Below are positions 30,894-42,507 of a stretch of DNA of 64,000 nt, piece after piece. The DNA is from Mayamaea pseudoterrestris (lineage: Eukaryota), in the NCBI GenBank assembly GCA_027923505.1, contig BROI01000018.1, positions 496,001-560,000 on the forward strand, in the 5' to 3' direction. Under the pieces are notes generated by a model, which saw only the letters and a program-made list of their open reading frames with translations, searched no databases and was not told the origin of the DNA. Positions within the stretch are counted from its first letter, which is position 1, and each line of letters begins with the position of its first letter. The translations under genes and the position numbers were made by a program.

Positions 30894-31406
30894 TTAGAGA
30901 GCAACGTTTTGGCTCGAGCGCTTCTTAGTGGAAGCATTCTTCAAAGTCGTATTCGATTCAGAAGGAATCGGCGTAAAGGCCATGGCTAACAGCATGGATT
31001 CCTCTTGCTCCAGCTCCTCCCGATCGGCCCAGCAGTCAATTTGATTGTCGTCTTCGTCGGTGGATATTGAAACACCTTGTTCCTTATAGATTGTTAGTGT
31101 TGCTCGGTCCCACCGAACTTGTATAATGTCGTCCCGAAATGGCATTTCGTCTTGCGTATCCAATAGACTTAATCTCGACTCAAGGTGTTCTAGACTCGAA
31201 TTAATAACATTCCTTTGATTCTCTGACAATACTATATTATCCTGCTCGTGAACCTGCAAAAGAATCCGACAAACACATTGCAATTGGTGATAAAGGGCGA
31301 GCTTCTCTATCTGATCGGGCGTGGAATTTGGTGAAAATTCTGATAGCTCATTGACGAGGCAATCGTACAATTTAATGGCATCTGACATCAACATCGGGAA
31401 ATGCAT
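30894..31406 (-). CDS. Hypothetical protein (start uncertain)
   Basis: The C-terminal 170 aa or so of a 233-aa open frame has protein-like helical/acidic composition. No family recognised. Confidence 0.4.
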   Translation of the reverse strand: MHFPMLMSDAIKLYDCLVNELSEFSPNSTPDQIEKLALYHQLQCVCRILLQVHEQDNIVLSENQRNVINSSLEHLESRLSLLDTQDEMPFRDDIIQVRWDRATLTIYKEQGVSISTDEDDNQIDCWADREELEQEESMLLAMAFTPIPSESNTTLKNASTKKRSSQNVAL

Positions 31407-31716
31407 TGTATTAACATGTATAAGTGTTGCGATTGTAAACAGAATGCATTGCAAAGTGCAATAGTAAATGATGATTGGCGCAGTAGGCGCAACATCATCA
31501 ATTTCGTCAATGTGTTGTCGCATCGGTTTCTTGCAGTACCGATGCGACCGATAAAAAGTGATCCGCTTTCCTTCGGACTTGCGCCAAGGCGCCAATGATC
31601 ACGAGGGAGGCGCCAGTCAAAGTCAACAACTCGATACTTCATCTGCTGCCACATCCACCTCTTCGCACGGTATTAGCTTTGTCATTCAAGCTCCTCGTGC
31701 CATCTCGACAAGCGTC

Positions 31717-34362
31717 ATGACTCGACGCGCTCCAAATCAGCTCCACGACCGCCCAGATGGCAACCGCAATGCTGCAGCCGCAGCCGCCGCAGCAGCAGCA
31801 CGAAACCAACCTCGTGCAGACCAATGGAGTCATCGCCCGGTACAAAACATGCGCGATCTGGCGAAAGATAATGATGGCGACATTAAGTGGATCGAGCGAG
31901 TTTTCTGCTATGGAATTCCTTGCATTGGTGTCATTGGTTGCGGCATTCTTTTCGCATACATGTACTACCTTTTCCTACTATATGTGAACAATTTGCTTCC
32001 CGAGAATTGGAAGAATTCATGGCCCGCTCTTCTTGCTGCGATACCTCCATCATTTACTTCGATAGTCGTCGCGTGTGATATGGTTCGGATAAGCTTTCCG
32101 GCTTTTGCCGCGGCTGTATATGTTGCGTTCGGCAACATGCAGCGAGCGATCGTTCACGACATGACAGCAATTTGCGAGTTCATCGTCGGCACTTTCATCA
32201 TCATGGCAACTGGAGTCGAAGACATCATCATTTTACTTTGCATTTCCATCATTAGTATCTGCAGGTGCGCTTTCGGCGTATACATTCTACCGTTTTTATT
32301 TTGGGCAAGGAGCTGCAATCACGTGACGATGAATCGAGCGAATCGCTTGACCTTTACGACGGCAGCGGTACGGTCAGATCTTTGGATGACAACTCAAAGA
32401 AGCTTGCTAGTTGGCTCTCATTGCGTCTCTTTCGGTGAGCGCTGGAACGGCATGGCGGAATGGCTGCTAGACGAGTACGACTTAAAGGTCGGTCTACTGA
32501 TGCTGGAAGTTCGATCCTGGAAAGGCGTTGCCACTCCAGATCATCCGCTCGCAGTACACACTATTCACGAGTCGCAATACGGCATGGAATCGGTGGACCT
32601 CGGCGCAAGCCTCACTGCCGTGGCCAAGTTGACCTGCCTAACTTCTAGTGCCATGGCCGCTTCGACCGGAAATGCGAGGGCTCCGATTACCGCGGGCGAT
32701 GCGCTGCCTGTAGCCTCCGAGAATTTATTATTGAGCGTAATAAACATGTCACTGGACCAAGGCTCAATCGACTCATTCGCAAAAGAAACTGTCCAGGGTC
32801 AACAGATGCCTGTGGAATTTGATGTCAACTCGCCCCCTTTCTTCGACGACCTAGCGGCAGGCGATCACAAGTCAACTGGAGCCATCGCCATCACTTCTTC
32901 ACCGGAAGTCATGGATTGGAGTGCAAGTCAAGCTCTGCGTCCAAAGGTCCATACGGCACTTTCATTGACGTCTGGCCGGAACGCTCACAGCTGGCCAAGC
33001 GTGCAGGGTGACATGGCCAACATCAAGCTCCCAACGAAGAATACAATTTCGGCGGCGCACGATCGTCCGCATAAACTAGCTACGACAATTGCAGACGGGT
33101 TGCGGGGTCCTATCACTGAAGTGCCAGTGCCGTTGACAAGCGCTGGTCCAACTCTTGAGGTGATGGCCAGCGGATTAACTGGATTTGCCAATGCAACTCG
33201 GGTCAATGCTAAGACCAATGGCCACATACCTCCGTCGCCCGATAAAGAGAACCAGACGAAGGCCTTTCCAGGGCACAATGCTCGTTTTGATAAGTTTGCA
33301 CCTCCGTTCGGAGAGAAGGAGTTGGTCGATTCTGCTATCCTCGTACATGACAACACTTTGGCGGCGAAAGGTTGCGAGGATGACACGTTGACTGAAAACG
33401 GCTTTCTAAGCCGTAAAGCTGATCAGAAAGGATTTTGCGGTTCTGACTTCCACGGCGTTGAGTCACCGCAACACGAGTATCTCCCGTTTGCGATAGGTGA
33501 GGGCAATGACGATAACGGGTTTTCGATGTGCAATGATGACGAAGATTCAAACCTCCAAACCGATGACGCGATGGATCAATCCCCAACTGCTCATTCCAAT
33601 GTCGACGATTTTGAAGCTCATAACGACGGGCTAATTAGTAGCGTACCTGCTCATGATGCGGTGTCGCGTCGCTTTTTGAACGGCGTTGGTTTCAACTCAG
33701 ATCGACGATCTATTACTGACTTGAATAAACACTCCAACGATTGCTCATTTCCGAACGAAGGCAATGACAATCCACCAACAGCTTTGGACGATGGTGGTTC
33801 AAAACTGGATACCTCACCTGATTTTAGTGATGCACTATTGCACAAGACGATTCTATACATCGAGAAAGGTGCGTGCCTACCTCGATACTTGACTTGGGGC
33901 ACCGAGTGTCGTTTCCGGAACCAAGGACTGACAGACATCGTCAAGGACATCTTGAAAGGCGGAGGCAAAGTCTTTTACGACGAGCGCTTTATGCCGCATA
34001 ATTTGACAAATTTAAACGACGTTGGATGGGAAAAGACGGGCCGAGCAGGACTTTGCAAAGTTTTTAAGTGCAAACAGAAGAGTAAATCTAGCAAGAAAGG
34101 TACAGGTCGCCATCCGCCCTTTCCCAAAGTGGCTCTTAAAAACTGCGAAACGTTGTACGATAGGCTGATCGTAATTAATTGGTGGCTCAATCTTCCCAGA
34201 GCGGAGCGCCAGACGACATTGGAAAAGCTTGGCGGGAACAGGCATGTGCGCATGAACTTATCTTGTGCTGTTGAAACTTTCGCCGGCGCGATGCCTTCGG
34301 CTTTAAATTCACAGATAGTGGCAGCCGAGCGTTGTCGACTGGAGACACAAAGCGCGTCGTAG
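31717..34362 (+). CDS. Hypothetical protein with N-terminal TM helices, disordered middle and basic C-terminal domain
   Basis: Uninterrupted ORF of about 880 aa from the ATG at 31717, with several hydrophobic helices near the N-terminus. Confidence 0.65.
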   Translation: MTRRAPNQLHDRPDGNRNAAAAAAAAAARNQPRADQWSHRPVQNMRDLAKDNDGDIKWIERVFCYGIPCIGVIGCGILFAYMYYLFLLYVNNLLPENWKNSWPALLAAIPPSFTSIVVACDMVRISFPAFAAAVYVAFGNMQRAIVHDMTAICEFIVGTFIIMATGVEDIIILLCISIISICRCAFGVYILPFLFWARSCNHVTMNRANRLTFTTAAVRSDLWMTTQRSLLVGSHCVSFGERWNGMAEWLLDEYDLKVGLLMLEVRSWKGVATPDHPLAVHTIHESQYGMESVDLGASLTAVAKLTCLTSSAMAASTGNARAPITAGDALPVASENLLLSVINMSLDQGSIDSFAKETVQGQQMPVEFDVNSPPFFDDLAAGDHKSTGAIAITSSPEVMDWSASQALRPKVHTALSLTSGRNAHSWPSVQGDMANIKLPTKNTISAAHDRPHKLATTIADGLRGPITEVPVPLTSAGPTLEVMASGLTGFANATRVNAKTNGHIPPSPDKENQTKAFPGHNARFDKFAPPFGEKELVDSAILVHDNTLAAKGCEDDTLTENGFLSRKADQKGFCGSDFHGVESPQHEYLPFAIGEGNDDNGFSMCNDDEDSNLQTDDAMDQSPTAHSNVDDFEAHNDGLISSVPAHDAVSRRFLNGVGFNSDRRSITDLNKHSNDCSFPNEGNDNPPTALDDGGSKLDTSPDFSDALLHKTILYIEKGACLPRYLTWGTECRFRNQGLTDIVKDILKGGGKVFYDERFMPHNLTNLNDVGWEKTGRAGLCKVFKCKQKSKSSKKGTGRHPPFPKVALKNCETLYDRLIVINWWLNLPRAERQTTLEKLGGNRHVRMNLSCAVETFAGAMPSALNSQIVAAERCRLETQSAS

Positions 34363-35342
34363 CTGACCGAATCAAAATAGTGTTCAGTTACTGTACACGG
34401 ATCAACATCCAACGCAGATTGTAGACGGGCCATCACGGAGCAGCGGAAAATACTGGTAGAGGAGTTCGGAGCGGTTGAACAGCAGTTGAAACATTTCCAC
34501 GCAAGTCTTGGAGATCCACCAATATGAAGCCCAGAGTTTAACTATTTGTCAACTATTAGCATGAGAATTACTCTGCAACAAATTCTGCGATGCGCAAAGC
34601 TTGTATACGCGTTGTATACGCGTCTCGTCAATATGTGGCGTCGGAAGGCGTCTCAGTGTATTCCATGCAGTAGGTGACAAAGTATGGCACCCTTCGGCAG
34701 AGCTGGTCGCCAACACAACAAATGCTTAATAAAAAAAGACGCAAAGCTCACATCGTCGCAATTGAGATGCTCTTGGCAGAATGGCCTGGCATTATTCGTC
34801 CTCGAAAAACCTATTCTCTCATGTCAATTGTTGAGTGTGGCGAATGATAAGAGGAGTGTCCCTGTTGGCTCCTTCGGGGCGTGACGCGTGAAAAAAAACA
34901 ACTATATATCGTGATACGGGCGGCAGTAGTGCTTCATTCGGACGTTAATTGTCGCCTTTCATTGCCTTGTGATGAGGCGCTAATGCGCGGCAAGTTCGAC
35001 TGATTGTCGAGTGCCGATCTGGGTCCAAAAACAATCGCACCAGAATTTTATTTCGCTAGGCACTCGCCACCTGATGGCTTGTCACATCCGGCAGCACCAT
35101 CGATCATCGAACATCGAACTGAATAAGGATGACTCGACCGAATTCCATCAAATTATCCGACGACTCTACGAGCTGAAATGCCGCATTTACGGTTTATATC
35201 TACCGGTAGCTATTTTCTGAAAACGTTGTAGTGGTTCAAGTTTGGCACGCTATGGTGGAGGAGCAGCAGCTGCGGGACCACCACGAATGTTGGTCAACCT
35301 GGAACAACGTCAGAGCATTATTTTTGGTATCAAACCAATCAA

Positions 35343-35596
35343 GCCGGTGAATCTGCGTCAAAAGGCAATAGTACGAAACGAGTGCCAGTGTCAATTACAA
35401 CACCAGGCAATAGTATGAAACAAGTGCCAGTGTCAATTACGTCACAAGGCTGTAGTATGAAACAAATGCCAGTGTCAATTACGTCATCAGGCAATTATAC
35501 GAAACAAGTGCCAGTGTCAATTACGTCATTCGGCAATAGTGTGAAACGAGTGCCAGTGTCAATTACGTCATAAAGGCAGTAGAGTATGGAACGAGT
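35343..35596 (+). repeat. 42-bp tandem array 2 (5 full units plus partial ends)
   Basis: Units start at 35363, 35405, 35447, 35489 and 35531, with a partial unit at 35574. Same consensus as array 1. Confidence 0.97.
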
Positions 35597-38109
35597 CGAA
35601 AACCAAGAGCAAACACGCGATGCACATCACACAACATTCTACACCTACCAGCATTACCACAGAAGCCTCTTTCTTTGCTCATTGACGTATTTTTAACTAA
35701 TCAAAGTATAGCGGAGCCAGCAATTTAATCTCTTTGAGCGCCAGGATTAACATGTCCCGCTGCAGTCACTTTGCGAGGCTCTTTGTTGCCAGATACCAAA
35801 AAAATCTCCGACATCGATGCAGAAACTGGCCTAAAGCCCTGTTCGATGAATTCTATACGTAGGCCGGCCCTATTCATAATGCTATGCTGTTTATGATGGA
35901 TCCGTGGAGCTTCATTTAGCAGCCGATTTTGCTCCCACAATGGGGCTAAAAGCTTGAATCGTCGATGCCGATGTCGACACTCAGGACCAAACACCCAAAG
36001 GTTCAAGCACCGAAATAATGATCGTAATTGAAACAGGCCGAATACGATTAAACGTTGAAATTCGCGCAGTGCGTCATGGTGACTGGCAAGACGTTCCGTA
36101 GAAATTTGGAAGTCTGACGCCAGCGCCTGCCGCCACTGTCAAGCAACGTGCAACTGCATTCTTGCAGCTCTTTGAATCATCCTTTCTATCGGACCACCGC
36201 CGTCTGCCTATATTGGTGTTTTGCTGATTGGTATGAAGGCGCGATTTATTGGTATTGCTCCTTGTCGAGTCTCAGTGCTATAAAGCTCGATGAGCAAAGG
36301 CCGTGCAAGAATCCCCAGGAACTTGATTGAACGCCAAAGACCCACGAATTGTTCATCTTCGTTTGGGTAATCTATTCCATCCAGGTTGTCTGTACTGGAT
36401 CTCTTTACGCCGATTGATGCCATTTTCACAGAATGCTGCAGCCCGCGGCGTTCTTTCTGGATGTGTTGGTTAATCAAGGGGCCATAAAAGGATGTAATTG
36501 GAGACTACAGACGATACAACGAACGATTGGCTCATCGATATAGTTGACCGATAATTATATACATCCAATTTGCAATAATACTTAACAAGCACCACCATTG
36601 AGGCAAGCACCGCGGCGATTGACGAGAAAGAAGCATCTCCGTTCTGGGGGACTGACAGCTCGTAAAAGGGTATCTCTATCATACTTAGAAGTCCACCCTT
36701 GCTGGCGATTGCGCGCCAATGACTGCATACGGCGGACTTTTTTGCAGCTATGTGGCGCAATATCCTTGGTGTATTGAGCAACGGTATGCGCAATCTGTAC
36801 ATCCAATGACTGCATGGATGACATACGCAGTCTCCAGCTGCATACGTCTATCGGGAACCAGCCAGTACATAATGTCACATGGCGCAGCGCAGCGGCCGAT
36901 CGTTCATCGTTGGGATTGCCAAAACGAATCAACACCATACCCCTACAGATCCTCCGCGAGCCTGCTATATGTGTTTACATAGTGGAATTATATTTGACAA
37001 TAATCGATCCTATGTACATAGTATGTTATCATATCTGGCGCATTAAATCATCGTAGGCGCCTCTCCGACGGAACTAGCCAATAGCTGAACACGCGTACAG
37101 CTTGACTAATGCACCAAGACCTACCGATAGGAGCGGACAACGTCACTTGCAACAAGGTCTATATTAAGTAATCGCAGAACTATAATATTATCATCTAACA
37201 TCCTGTCAAGCTCTTTCATGCTGACACTGACGCTGACCTATGCGGCGGATGCAGCAGACTGTTGTAAGACCAAGTCAGGAAGCCGTACAAGTCTTAACGG
37301 GAAATCAAGAGGGGCGTTTGATCTCGAACTCAGCGTCTGCAATAGACCGGTCCACGCTGCATCCTGCGCGCCTGCTGGCAAGCTAACGGCGTCGCAAATT
37401 TTGGCTGCAACTTTTCTGCTCCATACCTGACGAGCAAACTAGTAGGTGACACCAATAGAAGCAGCAACATTGGTACTTGTAGAGCTTCATAAATATTAAG
37501 ATCTCTTCTTGGTGCTTGTGTTGCTGCGTCGTAGTCACCTACTAAACGAGGTAGCCGAAACCCGATGACCATGGCGTTGCAATCTGCGCGAGCGAATGCA
37601 TCTGAATGACAGTGCCTCGCTTGATAAGACTTGTTTCTTGCTTCTCTCTATAATTGTATGGAAAAGTTGTTTTCGCTATGATGAGCAGGCGAGTGCACAA
37701 TAAAACAGTCAAAACGCTGAAATACGATATCACTCTGACCAGGAGAAGTGCACAACCATTTCGACTTCAGAAACATGGCATTATTGCCCTATTGCCGTCG
37801 GTTTTTGCTGTTGAAATATTTACGTCAATCAATATGGGGAATTGGTTTGGCTGAAATAAGCAAAGAGCTTGTTGTCAAGAGCGGTGCGAGGTGGTCGCGT
37901 GTCGTCTAGTCGTGTGTTGCGTGTTGCCATCCTGCAAGTCTCTAAAGCGCTAATGATGTTCGTTATATCGATGCTTTGACAACTACTTATATCGGTAAAA
38001 GGGTGACAATAGTAGAAGTTACATGACCGCCCATGATGAAAGGATGGATGTAGTCCGCTTGCGAGCGATATCGGTTGCGTCGTTTTTGCTGACCGGCTTA
38101 TTACAGTCA

Positions 38110-38351
38110 GTTTTTACTGCACTTGTTTCACTACTGCCTTTATGACGTAATTGACGTTGGCACTCGTTTCATAGTAGTGCCTTCATGACGATATTGACAC
38201 TGGCACTCGTTTCATACTATTGCCTAATGACGTAATTGACACTGGCACTTGTTTCGTATAATTGCCTGATGACGTAATTGACACTGGCACTTGTTTCATA
38301 CTACAGCCTCATGACGTAATTGACACTGGCACTCGTTTCGTACTACAGCCT
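38110..38351 (-). repeat. 42-bp tandem array 3, reverse orientation (5 full units plus a partial)
   Basis: The plus strand shows repeated TGACGTAATTGACACTGGCACTYGTTTCRTA, the reverse complement of the array 1/2 unit. Confidence 0.97.
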
Positions 38352-38515
38352 TGATAAAGGCACGACTACTTCGGGGAAGGAGACGACGGACGAACGTCGC
38401 CGCGATGGCGCGGCAGTTGCGCGGACCGAATATTCATCACACAAGGTTGCACCAAAATTACTCTTCGTCAAGGCATTGTAAGCGATTATTTTGTAGCAGT
38501 TAGCAAGCAGCAACG

Positions 38516-39538
38516 ATGATGCAGAGTGGAGCAGACGATGACGACGTCTTTGGGGCGAATCCCTTCCGATCATCATCGTCATCGACCTTCTCTGAAATTC
38601 GTCAACCCAGCAGCACCAGCAGCAACGAGGGAGACTTGCTCACTGGCCCAATGGTCTTTCAGCAGCAACCGCAAGTTATTCATCAGCAGCAGTCCTTTCT
38701 TCCGTCACCGCCGCTGCAGCCCATTTATGCGCCTCAAGATCTTTCTGGTCCCATGGAGCGTCGCCAGGAATCTGCTCCGCCACCCGAAGTCTTTTCCACT
38801 CCGTTTGCTTCTGTGAATCGCTGCTTGAGCTGCTTTCGTTTGGATGGTTACCGTCCATATTTTAATTTGGATACAGTTCATGTTTATGCGAGAATCAAGG
38901 CGGCGCTGACGCAGTTTCACTTGCCGGATCACTTCCGAACGGTCGTTGTTGGCACTGGACCATCAGGTCAGAATGCACAAGACGTTGATTCAGACTCCAA
39001 GGGACCAGACTTGTATGGACCGCTCTGGATCACATTGACACTTGTCTTTGTCGTGGCCATGACGAGCAACTATGTGGCAGCCCGACGCAGTCATCACTCG
39101 AGTAGCAGCATGACGGACGCAACGGCTGCCTTTGAGTATGATATTGTGCATTTGCTGCGGGCGACTAGCATCATTACTACCTTTTCTTGGTTGGTTCCAA
39201 CTTTATTGTGCGTGGCATGCGCCTGCCTTGGACTGTCGGGTGAAAATGTACCATCCTGGGGCATGTGGATGTGCGTTTATGGATACAGCTTGGTACCGTT
39301 CATTCCGGCCTGCTTGCTGCTGTCGATATGGCCGCTTGGAATTCTGGTATGGATCTATTTGGGCATGGCGACGGCAGCTAGTGGGCTCTTGGTGGTGCGT
39401 AACCTTTGTGGACCCATTTTGCTACTGCAGTCGTCGGATGCTGGAACAGCCGCCAAGGCGACGCCTATTTTATTCAGTATGCTCGGGTCACACTGCATTT
39501 TTCTGCTCGTGCTTAAAGTTGTCTTTTACTCAAGCTAA
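38516..39538 (+). CDS. Yip1-domain Golgi membrane protein (YIPF1/2-like)
   Basis: Motifs YRPYFNLDT, PDLYGPLWITLTLVF and CVYGYSLVPFIPACLL, with five TM helices. Confidence 0.92.
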   Translation: MMQSGADDDDVFGANPFRSSSSSTFSEIRQPSSTSSNEGDLLTGPMVFQQQPQVIHQQQSFLPSPPLQPIYAPQDLSGPMERRQESAPPPEVFSTPFASVNRCLSCFRLDGYRPYFNLDTVHVYARIKAALTQFHLPDHFRTVVVGTGPSGQNAQDVDSDSKGPDLYGPLWITLTLVFVVAMTSNYVAARRSHHSSSSMTDATAAFEYDIVHLLRATSIITTFSWLVPTLLCVACACLGLSGENVPSWGMWMCVYGYSLVPFIPACLLLSIWPLGILVWIYLGMATAASGLLVVRNLCGPILLLQSSDAGTAAKATPILFSMLGSHCIFLLVLKVVFYSS

Positions 39539-39681
39539 AAATGGAAATAAGGTAGTGTTGACAGTACTGTAAATAAATTGGATGCTTAAAACACAGGGCT
39601 TTTGAAACTATGAACAATAGGTCAATTACAACTACAAGCTTGTAGTAGAAACGTCAAGCAAACTGCCAGAAAGATGTAAAG

Positions 39682-42507
39682 CTACCTTCTGGGGCTACGA
39701 GTTCCTCCGCGAGAGCGTTCATGGCCTTTGCGGTGCCGACTGCTATCCCGATCCCGATGGCGGTCACGATCGCCACGTCGTCTGTCAATGTCATCGCGGT
39801 TTCTTCGCTCCTCATCGTGCGAGGATTTGCCGTAGTAAACAGAATTGTCCAAGCTTTGCGACGTTCGAGGCCTTCCATCACTCCTGTCCCGTTCACCTCG
39901 TTCGGACGATCGGCGATCGTCTCGATCATGGAATCCGCGGTCGCGACTTCGCTCGCGGCGACTACCTTCTTCATCTCGCTCGCGACTTGAATGGCGCCGG
40001 CTTGAATCGTCTCGTCGGCGATCGCGATCTCTGCTGCTCCTTCTATCATCGCGCTTGCGATCATCGTTGTGACGTCCATGCCGCTCAGGTTCCTCACGAT
40101 GCAAATCATTCAAATACCGGCCGCGTGAATCGTACGCTTCATCTCGAGCTGGCCTCGCCGGAGAATATGATCGACGACGCTGCTCACGAATATTAACCAA
40201 ACTTGGATCCACTCCTGGTCGAACAAACGTAGTCGCTCGAGTTTTGTCATTTCGATGACCTAGCGGTGGCGGCAAGTCATGTAAATGGCGTGAACTTGTA
40301 CCAAAACACACATCTTCCGCTTGAGGAATTGTGTGTTCGTCTCGACGACGTTGATCTGGGACATGGTGCAATGGGATGGTTGGCTCAATGCGAGTAGGCT
40401 GTCTCACGCGATCGTAGTGCATTAGTTGTCGGTCATCGTGCTTCATTCGATTGTCCGCATGTTCTCGTCCACCTGGTCGTCGTTCATCCAATGGGAAATT
40501 ATCAGATATGCTAATGTTCTGATTAGTGCGTGGAGCATCACCCTTCCACTGTGTATCCTGAAGCCTAAACTCCTCCCTTGGCTTGGCCCGCATGCTGCTG
40601 CTCCGCGCAGGTCTAGCGTCGTATTCACTCGCAGTCGCATCTCTCCAAGGATCATTGCGAGCATTAGCTTCCTTTTCTCTAGCTCTTCGCCGTCGGCGTT
40701 CTTCGCTCGTTTCGCCCTTCCTGCGTTCGCCACTACTCGTCCGTTTCCGCTTGCTCTCGCGGTCGTCGTCGCGGCGCGAACCGGAACCATGTCGTTTGCT
40801 GCCTCTTCCTTCATCTGTATCTCGGCTGGAAGTCGCTGGACTGTGATTCTTGTGTTCTCGCTCCCGCTCAGCTTGCGTGAGCCCATTCTTATCAAAGGCA
40901 TCATAGCCATCTTCCGCTACCATTTTCATCAATGCCTTGTATCTGTCATCTGAGGCCGCCTTGGCTTCTTCCTCAGAGAGCCCCTTCAACAAGGCTTCCT
41001 CCTTGGTTTTTTCGGCTTGAGCCTTGGCTTGCTTTCGCTTCTTTTTGGTTTGGAACTCGTGGAAGTGCCCGCCAGGTACGTGGATGCGACCCCAATCGGC
41101 TGGATTGGGCGGAACGGCTGGCTCCGTCCAAAAGTAGCGGTGAGTCAAAGCATTGGCCGCCGTCAATCGCTTGCGAGGATCCCAGTCGAGTAGTTTCTCA
41201 AGTAGATTGAGTGCAACTGGTGTCAGCCTGTGCTCGTACTTTTCGCGAAGTCGACTTGGTTTGGGACGACTCATGTCAATCGTTGGAAGGCTGCTTTCAC
41301 TGGGCATTGATGAAGATCCACTCCGCATCGATACCTTTTTCATGCTCTGCAAATATTCCCAGGTATCTTCCGACGGCGTTCCGAGTATATCGACCAAGAG
41401 CGACAGTTGCTCCATTTCCGTCTTGCCGCAAAAGATTGGCTTGCCGAGAGACAATTCCGCCATGATGCACCCAGCCGAAAAAACGTCAACCGGCGGACCA
41501 TACTGAACCGCTCCCAGTAATATTTCGGGTGGCCGATACCACAGTGTAATCACCTTGTTCGTCATGTCGAATGAGCTACTCGTCATGGCGACCGCCGTGC
41601 GATAATCTTGATGAAGTTGGTCCAGCAGTGGAGGTTCCACGCTGCGGGCCAAGCCAAAGTCGGCCAATTTGAGGCGAAGATTGTCATCCAGTAGTATGTT
41701 ACTTGACTTAATGTCACGATGAATATAGGATTGGTCGTGCAGATAGCGAATAGCTTGGAGAAGCTGGTAGAATATAATCTTGATTTGCAACGGCGTAAAC
41801 AGGTATTGAATATCGATGAGACCAGTCAAGTCATGCGGAACATACTCCAAGACTAGAAACAAGTTCCCCTTGTATGATTCGCGAGCGTCAATGGTGCTAT
41901 CGCGAAATGGCTTGTTACTGTTTTCGTTTGCGGATTGTTCGCCGGCAGTTGCAGCAAGTAGAGACGGTCCCGAAGGTTGATTACTTGCAGCAGTAGCTGC
42001 AGACGTACTGGCAGAATTATCTGGCGGATCCAAATGCTCTACTCCCTTACTCGTTACGACTTCATGAAGCCGCATAATGTTAATATGACGGAGTCGCTTT
42101 AGTATTTTAACTTCTCGTATCAATTGTTGCGGCATGCCCGAAGTGTGACTGCCGTGGTGAGGGCGAACCTTCTTCAACGCAACGACTTGATTCGTATCCA
42201 GACAAGTCGCACGATAGACTTGCCCATAGGTTCCTTGACCTATCTGCTCGTGTCGCTGGTAGTGAGCGAGCGTTCGCGTCATGCTCAAGCTGCTTTTAAG
42301 TGGTGGAGGCTGCAGCTGATGTATTTGTTGCTCGTCCTGCAGCTGATAGGAGACGTCACCAGTGGCGCCCGGTATTGTCTGCGACGCATCCGGCGTCAAG
42401 GTTGCGGAAGGAGCAACTCGCGTGGAGTGTTTATTGTAAGGATACATGGGAACCGCAATTTGTATATGCATAAAAGTCGCAAGCACCTTCGACCGTCGTT
42501 TTGTCAT
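39682..42507 (-). CDS. Cyclin-dependent kinase, CDKC/CDK9/CDK12-type, with RD/RS-rich C-terminal tail
   Basis: Motifs IGQGTYGQVY, VALKK, MPQQLIREVKIL, HRDIKSSNIL, LADFGLAR, MTNKVITLWYRPPEILLG and HEFQTKKKR. The start ATG is uncertain. Confidence 0.92.
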   Translation of the reverse strand: MTKRRSKVLATFMHIQIAVPMYPYNKHSTRVAPSATLTPDASQTIPGATGDVSYQLQDEQQIHQLQPPPLKSSLSMTRTLAHYQRHEQIGQGTYGQVYRATCLDTNQVVALKKVRPHHGSHTSGMPQQLIREVKILKRLRHINIMRLHEVVTSKGVEHLDPPDNSASTSAATAASNQPSGPSLLAATAGEQSANENSNKPFRDSTIDARESYKGNLFLVLEYVPHDLTGLIDIQYLFTPLQIKIIFYQLLQAIRYLHDQSYIHRDIKSSNILLDDNLRLKLADFGLARSVEPPLLDQLHQDYRTAVAMTSSSFDMTNKVITLWYRPPEILLGAVQYGPPVDVFSAGCIMAELSLGKPIFCGKTEMEQLSLLVDILGTPSEDTWEYLQSMKKVSMRSGSSSMPSESSLPTIDMSRPKPSRLREKYEHRLTPVALNLLEKLLDWDPRKRLTAANALTHRYFWTEPAVPPNPADWGRIHVPGGHFHEFQTKKKRKQAKAQAEKTKEEALLKGLSEEEAKAASDDRYKALMKMVAEDGYDAFDKNGLTQAEREREHKNHSPATSSRDTDEGRGSKRHGSGSRRDDDRESKRKRTSSGERRKGETSEERRRRRAREKEANARNDPWRDATASEYDARPARSSSMRAKPREEFRLQDTQWKGDAPRTNQNISISDNFPLDERRPGGREHADNRMKHDDRQLMHYDRVRQPTRIEPTIPLHHVPDQRRRDEHTIPQAEDVCFGTSSRHLHDLPPPLGHRNDKTRATTFVRPGVDPSLVNIREQRRRSYSPARPARDEAYDSRGRYLNDLHREEPERHGRHNDDRKRDDRRSSRDRDRRRDDSSRRHSSRERDEEGSRRERSRDRGFHDRDDRRSSERGERDRSDGRPRTSQSLDNSVYYGKSSHDEERRNRDDIDRRRGDRDRHRDRDSSRHRKGHERSRGGTRSPRR

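Noticed and set aside
35725..36982. Short ORFs between arrays 2 and 3 as a transposase or effector
   Set aside because: All are under 120 aa with no DDE, HUH, RT or nuclease motif visible. A gene call cannot be supported.
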